A DNA stretch of 20,000 bases from the NCBI GenBank assembly GCA_013265495.1, contig MU058285.1:183145-203144 (forward strand), read 5' to 3'. The position numbers and the translations under genes are program-made. Under the pieces are notes generated by a model. The model worked only from the letters and a program-made list of their open reading frames with translations. It made no database searches and was not told the DNA's origin. Source of the DNA: Vicugna vicugna. Lineage: Eukaryota. Of this stretch, positions 9,815-20,000 are shown one piece after another (position 1 is the first letter of the stretch; every line of letters starts with the position of its first letter).

Positions 9815-10600
9815 CTTCCTTTGCATGGAGGCAAAGGGACTCGTTAGGTAGTTAGACAAATGGGGGCACTGGGCAGGTAAGGTGGAGGAGAGGGAGGATG
9901 GTCTGGAAGATGGCTGTATGCCTGCCTCCAGTATAAAGGGGCTTTACATCCTCTAAGTGAGCGCCAGCAAGAAACCAGTTACAACCTGACAGCCATATCT
10001 GCACAGCAGTGCACATGGACCTAACTGTTCATGACTCAATGCTCATTGTAATATAATCAGCATTGTGGTTTAGCAGCCCCCTCTATGGTTTTGTCTGTGT
10101 GCATCATGGGTAAGGACATGCACAAAAGGGGATGAGCGTGACTAAGTGCTCCAGGGGCAAGAGCCGTCAGTCAATCAGGAGACCACCTCTGAGCGAGGGT
10201 GGAAGAGAAGGGGCAGAGACCACTGCTATCTGCCCTTGGATCAGCCCGCCTCCCATTCTTGGGGCTGTACTTTGCCTTTGCTAAAGAAAATCTGTAAAAT
10301 CTTTCACTGCACAATTCTGTGTCCCCCATTTGAATTCTTATCTTTTGGGTATGACAGGAACTGGGGTGTTTTTCCTTCCCCTTTTGGGGTAACAGATTTC
10401 TATCAGTTTCCAGTTTACTGACAAATAATGAGGAGTTATTTTCTTCATCTGTCTTGGGTGCTGCCTGGATCTTCTGAGGTGATAATAATTATAGTTACCA
10501 TGCCTTGGGAATCAAGAGGCTTGATGACACAGTACCATGTTGCACATTTAATTGTGTCAATGCCCATTTCACAGAAGACCCAGATTTTCCAGAACATCAC
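9815..10600 (+). pseudogene. Fossil exon interrupted by solo LTR copy 2
   Basis: Long pyrimidine tract with AG at 9813-9814. Removing the LTR and one TSD gives FLCMEAKGLLSVSSLLTNNEELFSSSVLGAAWIF*GDNNYSYHALGIKRLDD..HFTEDPDFPEH with one stop (10475-10477). The phase-2 join gives IYDDFLCME (cf. recalled 'WYDEFLDEE'). 3' end uncertain. Confidence 0.6.
9842..10394 (+). mobile_element. ERV1-type solo LTR, copy 2 (same family as 1361-1906)
   Basis: CGTTAGG...GGGGTAACA termini, imperfect TSD GACT/GATT, shared blocks such as TGCTCATTGTAATATAAT and GCATCATGGGTAAGGACATGCACA. Confidence 0.9.
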
Positions 10601-10604
10601 AAAA

Positions 10605-12125
10605 AAAATTAATCAAAATGTTGGGGATTCAGGATGGAGTGCAGACTGTGACAAACGAATCTAACAGTGTTATAAAGTATGTAAGACACTACCTCACAGA
10701 AGGGATGGGGAAAAAAGGAGCTGACTTTGGATAAAGGTGTTTTGACCAGATTGAAAACAAAAGAAAATGTATAAAAGCACAGCACTCTGATTGACAAGTT
10801 TGCTTCTCCTTGGGGTTTGTGTTAACAACTCTGAACCCACTTTACGTGTATATGAAGTTGAACAAATACATGGGTGGTGGATGGTGGGCATCAGATCTCT
10901 CACCATTGGAGAGGGAAGTAACAGATAAGCATGGCAGATGGGGGAAGGTTATACTGAACCTCGTACAACTGAGTTGGAGTGGATGCGTTAATATAAACAT
11001 TTTAGTTTTATTTATCTTCAGACAGTTATAAAAATAATTATAGATATGTGTGTACACACAGGTTAGTTTACATGCTTATATTTCCTTGCTCTGCCCACTG
11101 AAAAGCCTAGGGTGGTGGTATAGTAAGCAGCTTAAGGCAGGAGAGAGCTCTTTGCAGGAATGGGGTCTCTGCAGGAAGCTCCCTTAGTCTTGTCACTTTA
11201 GCGAAGCCATATTGGAACTAACCTTAAACCGGGCACACCTGTGCTCTACTCATCTCTGGCCCAAGCACACCTTTCAAATCTGATCACACAATACCTTGCC
11301 TAACCTACTGATTCTTTCCATAGATGAAAAGAGTAAAAATGAAGAGAATGTAACTAACAAGTGACCAGATCGTTCCCCTCTCTTGCCCTTCAGTAATCTT
11401 GCGAACAAACTCTGTGAAGCAGATGGTGCTTACAGCTCACAAGGATTCCACAGGCCTGCCTGAACAGGGAGATGGCAATGAGTCTGATCTCATGATTAAC
11501 AGAGTACTTCCCTTCTCCTTTAAAAACTTTCATGACCAAGCGGAAACTTTGGAGTTGGTTTTGGGGGCACAAGTTCGCCTTTTCCCCAGATTGCCAGCTT
11601 TCTGATTAAAAGCAGCGTTTTCTGTTTCTACCAGCAGTTGCCTCTCAAGTAGTGATTTTCAAGTGTCAAGCACCCCGACCGGAGTTAGATAGGTGGTGAC
11701 AGTCCAGTCGCAATGAGCACACTGAGCATGTGGAGCTTGATTTCTAAATACCATTCCCAATGCAAGGGAACAGAGCTCCTTAGAGAAATGGCCGATTCTA
11801 AATCTAGGCAGGGAATATATATAACTAGCCTGGGTCATCTTGTAGTGCCTGAAAGTAAAGGTGGACTCAAAAAACAAAATGATGAGGTCATGAAAAAGGA
11901 TGCAGAAAACAACTGGAAAGAACTTCCAGTGGTCAAAGCTAAAAGAAATTGAGCAACCAGATAAATAGTGTGGCACTATATTACAACTTACAATATAAAA
12001 TAAATATTCATGATATAAATAAATGGCCGAGTAAGTAAATGTATGGGAGAGAAGGGACAAATCTTTTATATGGAATATAAGCAGATACTCAACATTACAG
12101 TAATTTTCACCCAAAGAGTAGTTTA
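10605..12125 (+). mobile_element. L1MC/L1MD-type old L1 3' region, split by an LTR
   Basis: Diagnostic phrases caatgagcacac, tttctaaataccatt, agagaaatggccgattcta, catcttgtagtgcc, ttccagtggtcaaagct. Confidence 0.75.
11116..11692 (+). mobile_element. ERV1-type solo LTR nested in L1MC
   Basis: TTTAAAAA TATA-like box near 11519, ATTAAA near 11605, typical U5 (GCCTCTCAAGTA..CAAGCA..GAGTT), probable TSD GTGG; the host L1 resumes afterwards. Confidence 0.7.
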
Positions 12126-12129
12126 TGCA

Positions 12130-12476
12130 CAGCTGAATTCCTCCTCTGCATTGCCCTCGGCAGAAGCAGGCTGCTTGTCTCAAGGTCATGGGTTATGACC
12201 ACCTACTACTCATCCCCCTTGTTGAAGCAGGGGATGGTCTAAAAGACAGACTCACCCTCTTACTTCAAAGGGGACGACACTGAAGGCTATGCCAGCTCCA
12301 GGGCCCCCTGTGAGATTTGCTGGAATCTCTCTTGCATCAAAGTCCAATTTCTCCCTCTGCTCAATCCTGCTCATTTCTTTCTTTCCATGCGTTGTTCCAG
12401 AGAAGCCTCCCTAGGCCAACTCTTGCATGCAAATCCCCATCTCAACGTGACCCCTCAGGGGCGTTATCTGAGACAC
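12130..12476 (+). mobile_element. LTR16-family (ERVL) LTR
   Basis: acttcaaaggggacgacactgaagg, tctccctctgctcaatcctgc, tgcatgcaaatccccatctca, ending ctgagaca. Confidence 0.75.
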
Positions 12477-13644
12477 TCTGCATTGCAAGAGGACGGAGGC
12501 AGGAAGAGTGTAGGAGATAGCTATAAAGTGAGGAAGTGTTAGATTAGGGAGTAGATACAACGATGAGGCAGGAATGAAAACTTGGAGAAGTAAAGAATGA
12601 GAAACAAATTTTATTAATCTAGGATTAATGGGATCCAGGGCAAATTATGACAGGAGATGGAGACATTTGAGAGAATGAGATAGAAAAGCTCATGGAACAC
12701 CACAGGCAGGAGCTGATCTTGCATGTAGAGGGAGCCTCTGCTCTCCCAGCACACGGGTTCCCTAATGTCCTTTGAGTGAGGTCCAAGCATGGCTATTTTC
12801 CTACTCAGCTTCAGCCACGGCTCTGGCATCACTGGAATGACCTGTTCTTGTCATAGTTTAAAGGGTCACTTTGGCCCAGCCCAAACTGTCTTAATAATTT
12901 AATACTCTTAATTCCAGTTTAGCAGAAATATGAATACTACAACTAATATCATCAAGTCAAGCAGCGTCTTTGGGATGTAAACTGACCTGGAAATAATGGG
13001 ATTATTTATCCTATGAGAGAAGAAAGGAGAAATTCAGAAAAGGCTGGAGAGTGCATGAAAAATGTATTTATCCTGTTGGTTAAATTGAGCTCATGGCTAC
13101 AAATGGAAATGAATGTAATATAAAACATAGACTAGGTTTTGTTAGAATCATATTCCTGTAAGGGAGCAGGCTGAGCTGAGATTCCTTATGGGTGGCTCTG
13201 GGGCCCCCAGAGGGTGACAATGAGTAACTGGATTCCTACAATTAGGATAGAGGGACTAGCGTTAAAAAGGACCAGGAGTGCTAGTAGTGTAAACAGGGGC
13301 CAAGGATTACACAGACAAATCTAGTTTCTCAAGGAGAACCTTGTGACTGGATAAACAATTCAATTAAGATGCAAATTCTAGATCTTCAAAGTTTGCTGTC
13401 ATGAGCTCCCATTGTACACTGACCTCAATTAAACTGTAAATTCAAAACATATTTTTCTCATGAATAGGTATTTTCATCCAGAGTAGAGAAATATCAAAAG
13501 AAAACTGTATCTTTTTATAGACTCTTGTTAAATTCTATTTCTGTTGTACATCATCTAATTATTAAAGGTATGGTTAGAGGAAAAAAAGGACTCTAAACAT
13601 ACCATCCTACTGAAATCAATTTATTTCCAAACTGATTTCCACAG

Positions 13645-13929
13645 AAAATAAGTTAACCTGTAAGTAAAATGAAGAACTTCCTAAATGTCTATATTGAAAA
13701 CTGAACCAGAGATCCTAAAAGTAACCTGGAAGGCAATTTGAAATTCCTGGAATCCTCAAGTCCCCAAGACTCTGCAAGAAACAGAATGTTTTTGCCTATT
13801 TCAGAAATTTTTCCTTCAAAATGCATTTTTCAACATAGTATTAAACAGTTCCTTTGGGTGTGGGAGGGCAGGGGGAAGATGGTAGTGATGTAGGCAACTT
13901 TCCTGAAACAGAATAAAGGAATTTTAATG
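13645..13929 (+). pseudogene. Fossil exon, first half of an RGS-like domain
   Basis: Acceptor gatttccacAG, donor ATG|GTTTGT. Reads EILKVTWKAI*NSWNPQVPKTLQETECFCLFQKFFLQN / TVPL / W..GKMVVM, paralleling recalled RGSL1 'LLKRT..RP..VLLNTQHLEFFREFL..IPLQFLTAVQKI'. Confidence 0.65.
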
Positions 13930-14045
13930 GTTTGTACTTTCCTTTTTCCTCTTTTTTGTTTCTATTACTCAAATTGTGCTTTTAATGAAATCAGTTAGAG
14001 CATTATGAACAGTTTGGAAAGTTTATCTATTTCTATTTCCTGCAG

Positions 14046-14247
14046 AAAGCTTTTCCAAACTTATCTTTTTGTTCTAAGTTTTTTGTATCTGTCAATATCT
14101 ACCCCTTATCAATACTAAGGCTTTGGAAATAAAACCCCCTGACTGACAAAATTGTTTAAATTTGCATAGATAAATAGAAGTTAATTTTAGATGTTCCTCT
14201 AGCCATTATATTTTATTTATTAATTTTTCTCCTAAGAAATGAGGATA
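14046..14247 (+). pseudogene. Fossil exon, second half of the same RGS-like domain
   Basis: Strong acceptor tctatttctatttcctgcAG. Reads KLFQTYLFVLSFLYLSISTPYQY*GFGNKTP*LTKLFKFA*IN, matching the RGS pattern 'I/LFxxYL...xI...LFxxAQ'. Stops at 14116, 14140 and 14167; 3' end uncertain. Confidence 0.65.
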
Positions 14248-15040
14248 GTATAAATTAGAATGCATAGGAAATACTTAGAGAGGAAAAAAAATATAACTAT
14301 GATATTGTGCCAGAGCATTCAGGCTGTTTTAAATTTAGCTGATCTGTTTTTATAAACAATCCTGTTAATTTTCCTTTGCAAATATGTATAACTCATACAA
14401 ACCTCACTTATTGCTTTTCAACTATGCTAATTGTTTTTAGAATAATAAGTGATTCATATATGAGATAGCCATTTCCAAGCATGCAAAAACAATCCCTAAA
14501 ATATGGACCATGTGGTAACCACCTCTTCGTGGCATTTCCTTTTTTCTTGCATTTAATTCATTTTCCCTCCCTCTACTTCCATCCATTTTACGTTTTATCA
14601 GATGCACAGTTCTTGAATGAGAAAAGCATGTCTATGTAATTAAGGAAATATGAATTAATTTATCATCTCTAATTTTCCTGAGTTTAAAATTAGGAACAGA
14701 AGATGGTAAAATCTGGCTGCGTCTTAAAATACTCTGAATTATCTTGCCAACTCTTTGTCTAATTATCCTAAAATTGGCTTTAATTTACAACCAGCAACAT
14801 GATTCCCCAAATTCTGTTCTACTCCCAGTTGGAAAAATGCTAGAGTCTAAAATAAATGTCTTAGACAATTTCACATCTAAAACTGCATTTTAGGAGGGGC
14901 AGAGGAAGACACAAGAATAACATGTTAGGAAATTAAAGAACATGAGCAGGGGATTTTTGTTTTCTGGAGGACCTTTCCTCCATAGCTATTGAGCAAGGAT
15001 CATTTTCACTGGAGGAGTTCTGTACTGCTTCTGCCACCAG

Positions 15041-15257
15041 CTTCATAAAAATGCTTTTTCTTGTTCAAATTCTATGACAAGTTGAAAGCTTTCTTGGAAG
15101 AAAGATGGCTTATTGATTCTGAGACTGATCCAGAGAACACAAACTACAATATAAAATGAAAGTGTAATTTGTTCAAGTAAAAATATCTTTTTCTCTGTGT
15201 CCAAGAGAGTAAAGACAAGTTATTGCAAAGACATCTGCATTTAACAGAGGAAAAGAG
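15041..15257 (+). pseudogene. Fossil exon, further RGS-like domain
   Basis: Acceptor ctgcttctgccaccAG, donor GAG|GTAAGC. Reads FYDKLKAFLEE..YNIK*KCNLFK*KYLFLCVQESKDKLLQRHLHLTEEK, with stops at 15157 and 15178. Confidence 0.6.
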
Positions 15258-15339
15258 GTAAGCCATGGGAACAAATCTGTAATAGTGGGGCTTCAGACAG
15301 CACTCAGCATGGGAGACATGGAGCCCTTCCTTGGAAACA

Positions 15340-15535
15340 CCGTGATGGGGTAAAAGAGCTCACTGTTAGGCCTACCTTGGATCCTGGGTCGCTCACTTAC
15401 TAAGCCTGAATAAGGACATGTGTCAGTGTTTTTCTGAGCCTTGGTTTTCTTGTAAAAAAGTCAGGATAAAAACAACTCCACATGATTTTTTCTTTTTTTT
15501 GACTATCAAATGAAACAATGAAGATTAAGCATGAA
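15340..15535 (+). mobile_element. MIR SINE
   Basis: cacttacta..tctgagccttggttttctt.gtaaaa..ggataa..aaatgaaacaatg core. Confidence 0.6.
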
Positions 15536-15719
15536 ATAAGTGTTCAGTTCGGCTAGACTCTGCATGGGTCTAGCAGAGAGCTGGACCCATCAGCTTTAAA
15601 TATGGGATGCTCCATTGCCTGGCTTGGGCTGAAGAATCAAATATATGTAACTCTGAGTAGCCTGTGCATTCCCGGCAAATCGTATTTTAAAGAAATTGAA
15701 GGAGAATAAAAGGAAGATC

Positions 15720-15925
15720 GTACATTTACCAATTACCTGTCAAGTGTCAGACACTATTTGCACAAATGTATTATATGATAACTAATTTAATCTTGAGACA
15801 TACTTTATGAGATAGGTACCATTCTAGTCTCAGTTTTCTTTGCATGAGGCGGCTAAGTACTGTTCTTGACCTGACATGGTTCATAAGAAGATGGAAACTA
15901 AATTTAAAACCAGGGATCCTAGCCA
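15720..15925 (-). mobile_element. MIR SINE
   Basis: tgtcagacact..taatttaatct..tatgagataggtaccatt..aggcggctaagt pattern. Confidence 0.6.
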
Positions 15926-16562
15926 TTTTCTCAAGAAGCACTATTTATTTTAGTAAGAAATGGAATTTAGAATCCATAATTAAAACAATATATTTTTTTA
16001 AGTTCTTTTATCCTTTGGACATATCCCATTAAAGGGCTTACTCAAATTACTAGATTTTCAAGTCACTTGAAATGTCATCTTATCATGTGGCTCTACCACT
16101 AAGTGAATATACATACTTATTCTTAAGGATTGTTCTTTTACTTTTTAAAATTTGTAATTATGTAAAATATTTCTGTAGTCCACAAATCAAGGAAAGCTGT
16201 ATTTTAAAAAATCTGCCTTCTATCTTTTCTGCCTCAACCTATTCCATTTCACCCCTTATAAGTAATCTTTTCTGAAAATTTTATTTTTAAAAAGCAATTA
16301 ATATTTAATGTTAACAATTGTTATTATTTTAATATTTAAGTACAAAATATCAACTAGTGAATAATTAAATACTGTCAAGTGATTTATTATGAGAGTGTAT
16401 TTTTCCATATCACATTTTTCTATGCTTGACGTTTAGATCAATCATATGCCTATGTAAAATTTACTAGGCTATAAATAAATTTAAACACAGTGTTCATTCT
16501 TATAAATTGACCCAAAATCCATAAATCAAAACTTAAAGAATTGATTGATGGTACTTTTTCAG

Positions 16563-16688
16563 TTGCTCAAGGATTTCCCTAAACATAGAACTGAGAGCTC
16601 CTCAAACATCCAGAGCATATAATCAACTACTCCCCTCTTAAATGACAATAAAAGTAATAAAGATATCATACTTCGGATTTTTCACAAA
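16563..16688 (+). pseudogene. Fossil exon, possible end of an RGS-like domain
   Basis: Acceptor tactttttcAG, donor AA|GTCAGT, 126 bp. In the phase set by the previous exon it reads CSRISLNIELRAPQTSRAYNQLLPS*MTIKVIKISYFGFFT, with one stop. Confidence 0.45.
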
Positions 16689-16934
16689 GTCAGTACAAAG
16701 ATAAGACATTTTAGATTTCTATTGTCTATTTTTATTTTTAATATGAGCAAATATCTGTCTTTTTCCTTTTTTTAACTAAACGACAGCAAACTGCACACCC
16801 CTTTCCTGCCCCACCTTTTTTCCTTTGGATAGATATATCAACATTTCTCCAATTAGTCCCTTTTTGTGGTCCCCAGTTAATTCTTAACTAGTCACCTTGT
16901 TGTGTCTACTTTTTGATACTACAAATTGCTTGGC

Positions 16935-17280
16935 TTTTTTTTTTCTTGTTAAGTTGTATGAGCTGTTTATATATTCTGGAAATTAAGCCCTTGTCATTCT
17001 CAGCTTTTGCAAATATTTTCTCCCAGTCCATAGGTTGTCTTTTTGTTTTGCTTATGGTTTTCTTTGCTGTACAGAAGCTTCCAAGTTTTTAATTAGGTTC
17101 CATTTGTTTATTTTTGCTTTTATTTCTATTGCTTAGGTAGACTGCCAAGATTTATGTCAGAAAATGCTTAGCCTGTTTTGCCTATGTTTTCTTCTAGGAG
17201 GTTTATAGTCTCTTGTTTAACGTTTAAGTATTTAAGCCATTTTGAGTTTATTTGTGTATATGATGTGAGAGAGTGTTCCA
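16935..17280 (-). mobile_element. L1 ORF2 3' segment (non-inverted part)
   Basis: Minus translation [36 protein letters not shown] is L1 ORF2; ends at a T-run at 16935-16944. Confidence 0.9.
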
Positions 17281-17310
17281 ATAACAATAAAATCAAAAAA
17301 AAAAAAAGAA

Positions 17311-17430
17311 GGAGATGGGAACTATAGCTCAGAGGTAGAGTGTGTGCTTGACATGTACAAGGTCCTGGATTCAATCCTCAGTGCCTCCATCAAGGGAAAA
17401 AAAATGAAAATAAAAATAAGTTTTTTTTTA
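17311..17430 (+). mobile_element. tRNA-derived SINE (Vic-1-like)
   Basis: TATAGCTCAGAGGTAGAGTGTGTGCTTGACATGTACAAGGTCCTGGATTCAATCCTCAGTGCCTCC plus A-rich tail. Confidence 0.9.
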
Positions 17431-17435
17431 AAGAA

Positions 17436-17854
17436 TGCTCTTGAATTGAAAGAATTAATATTGTTAAAATGGCCATACTACCCAAAGCAATCTACAGATT
17501 TAATGTGATCCCTATCAAATTATGCAGGACATTTTTCACAGAACTAGAACCAAAAGTCCTAAAATTTATATGGAATCACAAAAGACCCAGAATTGCCAAA
17601 GCAATACTGAACAAAAAGAATGAAGCTGGAGGAATAACCCTCCCAGACTTCACATAATACTACAGAGCTACAGTAATCAAAACAGCATGTCTTAAAGACA
17701 TATGGATCAATGGAACAGAATAGAGAGCCCAGAAATAAACCCACAGACCTATGGTCAATTAATCTTCAACAAAGGAGGCAAGAATATACAATGGAGAAAA
17801 GACAGTCTTTTCAGCAAGTGGTGCATGTAAGTCAATGAAATTAGAACACTCCCT
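17436..17854 (+). mobile_element. L1 ORF2 segment (inverted 5' part)
   Basis: [54 protein letters not shown] is L1 ORF2. Confidence 0.95.
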
Positions 17855-18339
17855 ATAGCTTTTTCCACAAGGTATTTTGTAAAACTTTGCATTTTTGATT
17901 TGTGCTTATGGTGATAAATAATATCTCATGGAATTTTCTTACTATTTAAAGTGAATTTGGGCATTTTGTTCCAAATGATTCAGAGATGCACATTTATATT
18001 TTTATGAAATGTCTATTTTTTTCTTTTTGCAATTTTATGTATTATTTATGAGTGTTTAAATTCTCTATTTTTAGAAGCAAAAATATTCTTATGAGCTTTT
18101 CATAAAATATTTTTATTTCTTGACATAATTTTACTGCATGCTTATTTTGCTTGATGAACTGTACAAGCTACTGAGAAAATTGCTCATTGTTTTTATCTTA
18201 CTTATTATTTGAAGCTTTTTAGTCATATCATTGTCAATGGAAAATGAGAATGAGTTTAAAATTACTTATTATTGAAAGTTTATATCTGGGTAAGAAATTC
18301 CACTTCCATAAGTTAATTTGGGATTCTTACGAAAGATCA

Positions 18340-18734
18340 TGTATTGGTCAAGATAAGCTAAGCTATGCTCTGGTAACAAATAAGCCCCTATGTCATATTG
18401 TCTTAGCAGTACAATGATTTATTTTTCACTCACTATCACAGTATAGGTAGGTAGAGTTGCTCTCTGTGGTGATTCTTCTCCAAGTGGTAACTCAGGGACC
18501 CCATTACTATCCATGTTGAGACACTATTATCTTAAATTTGTGGTCCCTAAGTTCACAACATGAGAAGCAAGAGCATGTGAGGAAAGTTTATGGCTAGGAA
18601 TATACATCACTTCTGCCCACATCCTATTGGCCACAACTGAGTCAATGAAACTCAGAAACGTAGTCTTCCTGTGTGTCCAGAAAGAGGAAAGCGAAGTGGT
18701 ATGTTTGTGACCACATAGTGTTGTCTCTGCCGAT
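18340..18734 (-). mobile_element. MLT1I/J-like MaLR LTR
   Basis: TGTATTGGTCAAGATAAGCTAAGCTATGCT..GTAACAAATAA, ACTCAGGGACCC, CATCACTTCTGCCCACAT..TTGGCCA, GTCTCTGCC. Confidence 0.8.
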
Positions 18735-19673
18735 AAACCGTCTTAGATTAGAACAAGATTCATCGGTGTGATCATTTCTACATTACTTCCTTTGACTATC
18801 ACTACTTGAAGAACACATATTAAAGCATGCAACATTTAAGAATTCCTATTACTGTATCTTCCACACTTCACTGTGTTTTCTTCCTTTTGAAGGCATGAAC
18901 ATCTAACCATTTGTCTATTACTCGACAGTGGCAAAAGATTTCAGTTCTAAATGGCTGTGTGTTTTGTTCCAATTGATATATACTACAGGCATTATAAATC
19001 TGAGTTGTCCTTGCTTCAATGAATATATTGCCAAAGCCTACCTTTATTTTTAAATCATAGTTTCCATTTTGTGGAAATAACTGAATTACTTGTTTCTTGT
19101 TTATTGCTATGCTCTTCCTAGAGTGTGTGACTGGCTACACATAGAGAACATTAAAAGTTACAGTGTTTAGATGTAGTGTTAAAATATTTAGTCTTTTACC
19201 AGAACAGAGACTATCTTTATGGGCTTCCTGTTTAAGAAAACCTCAAGTGACTGCTTTGGAAGTAGCAGGATGATCATCACTATTACTCCCTTCTTAAATG
19301 CTTACTTCTTAAACCCACATTTTAAAAGTTTGTCTGTACATACTTTTTATAGGAGTCAAATTTACTAAAAATATTCCTAAAATTTACACTGAATACTTCA
19401 TTTTGCTCAGAACTGCAGTGAAAACTCAGGGAACACTAACACTATTTTGTATATTTATTTAACTTTTTCTAAAATTGAAACTATGCCCTGTGTCTTATTT
19501 TTTGTTGTTGAATTGGGTGCACTTCTTTTTGCTCTCAAAGTGCCCTTTGTTTACTTCTCTCCTGGTGATTGTCACCTTATGTTACAACTGTCTTCTTTTT
19601 GAAATTTCCCCTGCCAGAATCAGAGGTGTGGGCCTTGTCTTTTATGCCAACTTCTGGCACCTTCTATGCCTAG

Positions 19674-19894
19674 CTCATAGAAGTTGATCAAGAAAAGTTT
19701 GTGGATATGAATAACTTGATAAATAATAAAAAATACTTCAAGAAAATGATGGCTCTTAATAATTGCTTTGTTGTGATGAATTCAGGACCTTTTGTGGCGT
19801 TGGAGGCATCAGAATTTTATATATTTCCCAATGATTTCCTACTACCTGAGGATACGTCCCTAACCTTCAAAGTGACTGTAGGAAATAGTACTAA
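19674..19894 (+). pseudogene. Candidate exon, still open (LIEVDQEKFVDMNNLINNKKYFKKMMALNNCFVVMNSGPFVALEASEFYIFP...)
   Basis: Acceptor ccttctatgcctAG, 221 bp open in phase 0, possible donor AA|GTAAAC. Loosely like an RGS domain start; not a repeat I recognise. Confidence 0.4.
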
Positions 19895-20000
19895 GTAAAC
19901 TATCTATAGAGAGTGTAGTCACTTCATTCCATTGACTCAAACATGCAGCTCTTGTAAAGATGCACTGTTGACATATGTCCAGCTTATCTCCCTCTCCTCT

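Noticed and set aside
1361..10394. The two direct LTR copies as the ends of one provirus
   Set aside because: Each copy has its own TSD (TCTG; GACT/GATT), no PBS or gag/pol/env lies between them, and the interval holds older host repeats.
11659..12189. Longest supplied ORF (176 aa, minus strand)
   Set aside because: It spans LTR, L1MC and LTR16 sequence in antisense; no coding signal.
15552..15574. Small hairpin GCTAGAC..GTCTAGC
   Set aside because: A 7-bp stem is expected by chance in 20 kb.
17469..17657. 62-aa ORF as a host gene
   Set aside because: It is a truncated L1 ORF2 fragment.

Overview
Mammalian genomic DNA, most likely camelid: it carries two tRNA-derived SINEs with the Vic-1-like head GGGGAGGGTATAGCTCAG. 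Repeats dominate: about eight ERV1-type solo LTRs, LTR16- and MLT1-type LTRs, L1, L2, MIR and MER5A1. No intact protein-coding gene is visible, and almost all supplied ORFs are repeat-derived or chance. The main result is a set of degraded exons with splice sites lying between the repeats. Their translations carry RGS-domain motifs in the order found in the large multi-RGS proteins RGS22 and RGSL1, but look too divergent to be either orthologue, so I read them as a fossil third paralogue (pseudogene). The N-terminal exons are on the minus strand (8559 to 636) and the downstream exons on the plus strand (8966 to 19894), implying an intragenic inversion with a breakpoint near 8560-8965. Two exons are each split by a solo LTR of the same family. 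Protein and repeat-family comparisons are from memory and need database confirmation.
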